Positions 25,679-29,957 of a DNA stretch of 29,957 nucleotides are shown here, piece by piece. Within the stretch, counting starts at the first letter, position 1; every line of letters begins with the position of its first letter. The stretch covers positions 1 through 29,957 of the IMG/VR virus record IMGVR_UViG_3300030372_004506. One strand, given 5' to 3'. The notes beneath the pieces were generated by a model that saw only the letters and a list, made by a program, of their open reading frames with translations, was not told the DNA's origin and made no database searches. A program made the position numbers and the translations under genes. The DNA comes from a virus (taxonomy: Duplodnaviria > Caudoviricetes).

Positions 25679-27142
25679 TTAGATTGTGTATTGTGCTCTC
25701 TCTGCTCGGATGCGTTCTAATTGCTGCTTTGCTTCGATGGGATCAAGATCCGGATTCAGCATTTGCATGGCATCGACAGGAGAGATCAGTCCTGCGGTTA
25801 ATTTCTGTATGATGTCTTCTCTCTGTGCTCGCATCTCTTCAGGAGATAGACCAAGAGGAGTATAAACAACCCGATAACCTGATTCGGGAAGGTTGGCACC
25901 CAAGAATCGATTAGACAACATTGCACACTTCGACAGCATCTCCTCGTCTGCTCGTCGGAATACAGGAGCATATCGTCTCTGTGCTTCTCGTTGTCCGTCT
26001 CTGGAGATAGAGAGAGCATATCCGGATCTCGGGTCTCCGCTCTGTCTCAGAACCTCGGATGAGATACCGGCTGCTGTCGCGACTCGATACTCATATTTTG
26101 AGATACTTTCGAGGAGCTTGTCGGGATCGGCATAACTGAAGGATCCGATCAAGGGTTGTCCTTGCATGTCTGGATCTGTCTGGAACATCAGGATGCTGCT
26201 CGGGTCTGTGGAGATCGCGGATCGTCTTCCTGTGAGATCGTTCTCTACTTGAGACAATCCGGATACATGCAGACCAGCGACATATTTTTGAGGCCAGGAG
26301 TTATCGCGGACGCAATGGACATAAAAGGAAAAGAGGACGGCAGCAGTCAAGGAACCATAGGCCAATTGGGCAGCGTCGAAAGCGTTAAATAACTGTCCTG
26401 TCTTCTCGGCATGATACAGGACGACAGGGAGGAAGGGAGAGCCGTCTCTGCTGCGATATGGATACGCGTCTCCCCTCATCGTCTCATGTCCCATATAGAT
26501 CTCAGACATATCCTTCCCGATTGCTCCTGCTGGTGTCGCTTCGAACATACCGAACAGAGGATTGTTCGCATCTCGAATATCCAGTATGTCCCAAACCCAA
26601 ATTGGATCACCGCTCTCGGGATCCATCCGAAGACGAAGCTCTTGATAGTACAGAGGAACGTCGGGAGCGTCTGGAGATGCTGATGCAATCACGAAGTCGG
26701 GAGACACAGAGCGAAAGGACAGACCAGGGACCCGAGCGACATCTCCTGCGTGATGAGGAGCGACATCCACTCTCACGAACATCTCCCGGATACCGAGTGT
26801 CATTTGTTGGATACGTTGCATCAATTGAAAGTATCCGCTCTTTGTCATAAATCCATCTCGACCGACGAGAGCAGAGATGTCTCCTTCATTCGATACATTC
26901 GGATCCGAATGATATAACATCGCTAATTGTCTCGTCACTTGCTCGATCGCACAGGAGGACATATCCGAAGGACCGAGAGCTTCTCTCCTGTCCGTCGGAA
27001 GGTGCCTCAGAAGCTCATTCTCGAGATCCTGCTCCCAGAGACCAGTTAGGAGTCGTCTCCGGAGAGCGGAGTGCTTCCATCTTTCATCATCTGCATTTGT
27101 CGGGGCTTGTGGCTTTGCTGGGATTGTATAATCATTCTGCAT
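25679..27142 (-). CDS. Portal protein
   Basis: 487 aa after terL; 'SGYAL' and 'GLISPVDAMQMLNPDL...LERIRAE' portal C-terminal signature. Confidence 0.85.
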   Translation of the reverse strand: MQNDYTIPAKPQAPTNADDERWKHSALRRRLLTGLWEQDLENELLRHLPTDRREALGPSDMSSCAIEQVTRQLAMLYHSDPNVSNEGDISALVGRDGFMTKSGYFQLMQRIQQMTLGIREMFVRVDVAPHHAGDVARVPGLSFRSVSPDFVIASASPDAPDVPLYYQELRLRMDPESGDPIWVWDILDIRDANNPLFGMFEATPAGAIGKDMSEIYMGHETMRGDAYPYRSRDGSPFLPVVLYHAEKTGQLFNAFDAAQLAYGSLTAAVLFSFYVHCVRDNSWPQKYVAGLHVSGLSQVENDLTGRRSAISTDPSSILMFQTDPDMQGQPLIGSFSYADPDKLLESISKYEYRVATAAGISSEVLRQSGDPRSGYALSISRDGQREAQRRYAPVFRRADEEMLSKCAMLSNRFLGANLPESGYRVVYTPLGLSPEEMRAQREDIIQKLTAGLISPVDAMQMLNPDLDPIEAKQQLERIRAERAQYTI

Positions 27143-28560
27143 CAGTACACTCTAATTTGTTGTGGAATATTTGGTCTGTAATCAAGGATCGGGAGTAGTC
27201 CATAGCGAAGAGCGTCGATCGCATGTCCATGTGGATCACGTGATCGAGCGGACTGTGTTCTCTTCATTGTCCATGACTGAATCGACTTCACAGTCTTCTC
27301 ACATTCCGGACGAATCCAGAAGTGTTTCCTGGACATTATAGCATGAAGAATCGATGCTCCCACATATACAGAGTGTCGTCCCTTTCTTGCTCTGTGTACG
27401 GTAAAGGGAAGACCCCGAGGAGGATAACCAAGGATACTCTCGAAAGCTCTCATCAGCATTATGTTACTCATTCTGTATTGATCTCGTCCTCTGTGCTCTC
27501 CGTCTCCTGTCCATCGGCATAGATTCGGATCGACTCCGTGTTTTCGAAGCATCTCGAGAATAGCTTGTGCGTGATGTTCGGGAGGAGCCTGTCCTGATAC
27601 GTACTCAGCAAGCACGAAGACTCTCGGGTTCTGCTGGTCTCGCATGTCAACACAGGACAGTATCGCGACCTGGGATCCTGGATTGCTACCATGATCGATC
27701 CCGACACAGAAACGATAGTCTCCTCCTCTCGGGACCGATTGCGCAGAGATCATATCTTCAGAGAAATTCTCAAAGACGACACCGATCGGAGCGACATCAA
27801 AAGATCCATTGATACGAGCTTCTCTGTCGTATGGGAGATAGGCTTGCGTTATCTTGTCGATCTGCTCCTGTGATAAGAGATACCCTTTCGGGAGACCGAT
27901 GGGAGTCGTCGCCTCTACTGTGAGAGGAGCTCGATGGGATGAGATCAGTCCTCTCTCGATCATCTCTTTTATATATGTGACATCCACTCCCCCGACAGGA
28001 GTCAAAGAGATCGCGACTGTCCCTCTTTTCCCTCCTGCTCCTCCTCGGGAGGTTCTCGCTATCAATTCGTTAAATGTGGACTGATCGACAGGTTCGTCTA
28101 TACATACGAGATTCGCTGTCGCGGATGCTAGTCCGAGACCTTGATTCGCTGTCTTGATCCGAATGATCGAACCATTGCGGAACTTCACCAGAGGAGCCAA
28201 TCCTCTGAATCCTTTCCCTCTCACAAACTCACAATCTGGAGAGAGATCGTCCTTCGGTATCATGTCGTATAACTTCTGTTGTATGGTTCTCGATTGCTCG
28301 TGACTGTGCGTGATAAGCCAAGCTTCGATCGGTGGGGGATCTGTCTTGTAGTATGGATGTCTCCCGAGACAGTGATACAGCAGGAGAGCACATGTCGCCA
28401 TAGTCTTTCCTACCTGGTTCCCACCGATGAGAGCTTTTATCGGGGCTTTGTCTGCGAGATAGTCTCTCTGGGGAGGAGTCGGACGATAGTATCGAAGCGG
28501 ATCATGTTGGGACCGCTTTTTCAACCACGATAATTTTTTCGCCATTCCACATAGGGACAT
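27142..28560 (-). CDS. terL: Terminase large subunit
   Basis: Walker A GGNQVGKT, Walker B VCIDEP, 'LTP' motif III, nuclease GIDHG and HAIDALRY. Confidence 0.93.
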   Translation of the reverse strand: MSLCGMAKKLSWLKKRSQHDPLRYYRPTPPQRDYLADKAPIKALIGGNQVGKTMATCALLLYHCLGRHPYYKTDPPPIEAWLITHSHEQSRTIQQKLYDMIPKDDLSPDCEFVRGKGFRGLAPLVKFRNGSIIRIKTANQGLGLASATANLVCIDEPVDQSTFNELIARTSRGGAGGKRGTVAISLTPVGGVDVTYIKEMIERGLISSHRAPLTVEATTPIGLPKGYLLSQEQIDKITQAYLPYDREARINGSFDVAPIGVVFENFSEDMISAQSVPRGGDYRFCVGIDHGSNPGSQVAILSCVDMRDQQNPRVFVLAEYVSGQAPPEHHAQAILEMLRKHGVDPNLCRWTGDGEHRGRDQYRMSNIMLMRAFESILGYPPRGLPFTVHRARKGRHSVYVGASILHAIMSRKHFWIRPECEKTVKSIQSWTMKRTQSARSRDPHGHAIDALRYGLLPILDYRPNIPQQIRVY

Positions 28561-28934
28561 TACTTTCTCCGATAGAATACTTCATAGCATATCGATCCTG
28601 CGTCTGTCTGCTCTTTGCAGTATTCGATCATTGTGATTGTATTCGAGATATTGGATATTTCTTCGCATTGCTTCCCGGATGTCTCTGAGTCGATTCCTCT
28701 CGAGTAGATGAAACACGTCATTTCTCTACATAGGAGAAACCCTTCTTTTGTCTTCGTGTTCTCTGGCTTGCATATCTCTTTGATAAGATCGAGATCCGTG
28801 AGCTGATGGATGATCTCCTGCTGTGTCTCGCTCGTCTTGTCTGGGAGTGTCTCTTTGTTCTGGTTCACAGCAAAGAGAGTCCCTGCTGTACCGGCTAGTA
28901 TTCCGATGATTGTCGCAAGTGCTATCTCTATCAT
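28560..28934 (-). CDS. Membrane-anchored Cys-rich protein
   Basis: N-terminal TM (IALATIIGILAGTAGTLFAV) and six Cys; ATGA-coupled start at 28934. Confidence 0.7.
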   Translation of the reverse strand: MIEIALATIIGILAGTAGTLFAVNQNKETLPDKTSETQQEIIHQLTDLDLIKEICKPENTKTKEGFLLCREMTCFIYSRGIDSETSGKQCEEISNISNTITMIEYCKEQTDAGSICYEVFYRRK

Positions 28935-29236
28935 TTTCTTTCTGTCCGTATTCTGTGTATGCATTCTGTCCATCTGGTATCATTGAGATCGAACACGAAC
29001 TGAATATCCTCTGGGAAGAGAGCGTCCTCCTTGATGATTGCAGCAATTAGATCGTCCATCTCTGACTCTGTTCTGTGTTCCTTGTATACTATAATCATGT
29101 TCCGGAGTCTCGTCTTCGTTTTGTATACTTCTTCGGTTAGTTTCGCGTGTAGCTTCGATCCTTTCGACACTCTGTCGATAAGATAGAGTATCTGTCCCTC
29201 GATGGTCTCTTGATCCAAAAAGTCGAACCTGCTCAT
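28931..29236 (-). CDS. Hypothetical protein
   Basis: 101 aa; ATGA-coupled to terS and to the next gene. Confidence 0.7.
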   Translation of the reverse strand: MSRFDFLDQETIEGQILYLIDRVSKGSKLHAKLTEEVYKTKTRLRNMIIVYKEHRTESEMDDLIAAIIKEDALFPEDIQFVFDLNDTRWTECIHRIRTERK

Positions 29237-29895
29237 GATCCCTTCTTCAGTGCGACGACATTCGACCCGACAAGACTATGAAGATCGGACTGTACTCTCT
29301 GTCTCAGTAGAGGAGGGAGAGAGATGATCGTGTTGACAATCTCGGACAGAAGCTGCTCGTCTGTCATTCTGTCATGTGCGTCGATCGCTCCCTCTTCTGC
29401 GTCTAGTGTCCTCAGTTCTTGCATCAGAGAGACGAGCTGTCTCTGAAGTGCTGCGTATGCTTGCCAGGAGCCGGACTCTTTTGCTTTGTCCATGCTCGTC
29501 CTAAGTTCGGATATCTGTGTCTCCAGTATCTCCCGATAATCGAGCATGTCCCCGCTCTTCTTCGCTGCTTTCGTCTCTGCTGGTAGAGTATGTGTCGCGT
29601 CGTTTTTGTACCCGAAACGACGAGACAGGAGCCATGCAGCAGCCTTCCAGTCTTCTTTTGCTGTGTTCTGAATCGTGTTCAGACAAGCGACAGCAGAAGA
29701 ACTCTCTGCCTCTCGGATCTTCTTCGCAAAAGTCTTGTATGGTTCTCTTGCTCTGTCCTGTTCTCCTTTCCGGATCCAGACATACAACGTATTGCGAACG
29801 ATCCCTCCTGCTTCTGCTGCGATCGCATAGGTAGCTCCCAGGCGCAAGGCCTGACAGATTCTCTCTGTTCTCTCTTCGGTTAATTTTTTACTCAT
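29233..29895 (-). CDS. terS: Terminase small subunit (N-terminal HTH)
   Basis: 'KLTEERTERICQALRLGATYAIAAEAGGIVRNTLYVW...DWKAAAWLLSRR'; first gene of the packaging operon. Confidence 0.75.
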   Translation of the reverse strand: MSKKLTEERTERICQALRLGATYAIAAEAGGIVRNTLYVWIRKGEQDRAREPYKTFAKKIREAESSSAVACLNTIQNTAKEDWKAAAWLLSRRFGYKNDATHTLPAETKAAKKSGDMLDYREILETQISELRTSMDKAKESGSWQAYAALQRQLVSLMQELRTLDAEEGAIDAHDRMTDEQLLSEIVNTIISLPPLLRQRVQSDLHSLVGSNVVALKKGS

Positions 29896-29947
29896 GTAGT
29901 CTCCGTTTTTTTTGAAAAAAATATACTCGTTTCTCTAAAAGGCTTCG

Positions 29948-29957
29948 GTACGCGCAG
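29948..29957. repeat. Terminal 10-bp direct repeat GTACGCGCAG (copy 2)
   Basis: Matches positions 2-11. Confidence 0.5.

Noticed and set aside
1-29957. Alternative genetic code or stop-codon recoding
   Set aside because: Core genes are full-length and tightly packed under the standard code, and TAA, TAG and TGA all occur as stops

Overview
The window looks like an essentially complete ~30 kb tailed-phage (siphovirus-like) genome. It is bounded by a 10-bp direct repeat (GTACGCGCAG) lying just upstream of the small terminase gene. Most genes are on the minus strand. The order from right to left is terS, two small genes, terL, portal, scaffold, a decapeptide-repeat fibre, major capsid, head-tail joining genes, tail tube, a tail chaperone with a -1 frameshift, tape measure, two tail-tip proteins, an L,D-transpeptidase-like lysin and a holin. 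A divergent DnaQ-like exonuclease follows, then HTH, SWIM and RusA genes, an AEP primase, a VapE-like helicase, an iteron-containing origin and an AT-rich cluster of small accessory genes. I found no integrase, DNA polymerase, methyltransferase, tRNA or CRISPR array. The standout candidate system is an XRE-HTH fused to an RNA polymerase alpha-subunit C-terminal domain with its DNA-binding residues intact, together with a family of near-consensus sigma70 promoters that share a palindromic operator in their spacers. Also notable are a terminator/anti-RBS RNA switch after the capsid gene and a strong GATC/TCGA enrichment. All calls are from motif recognition by eye; no searches were run.
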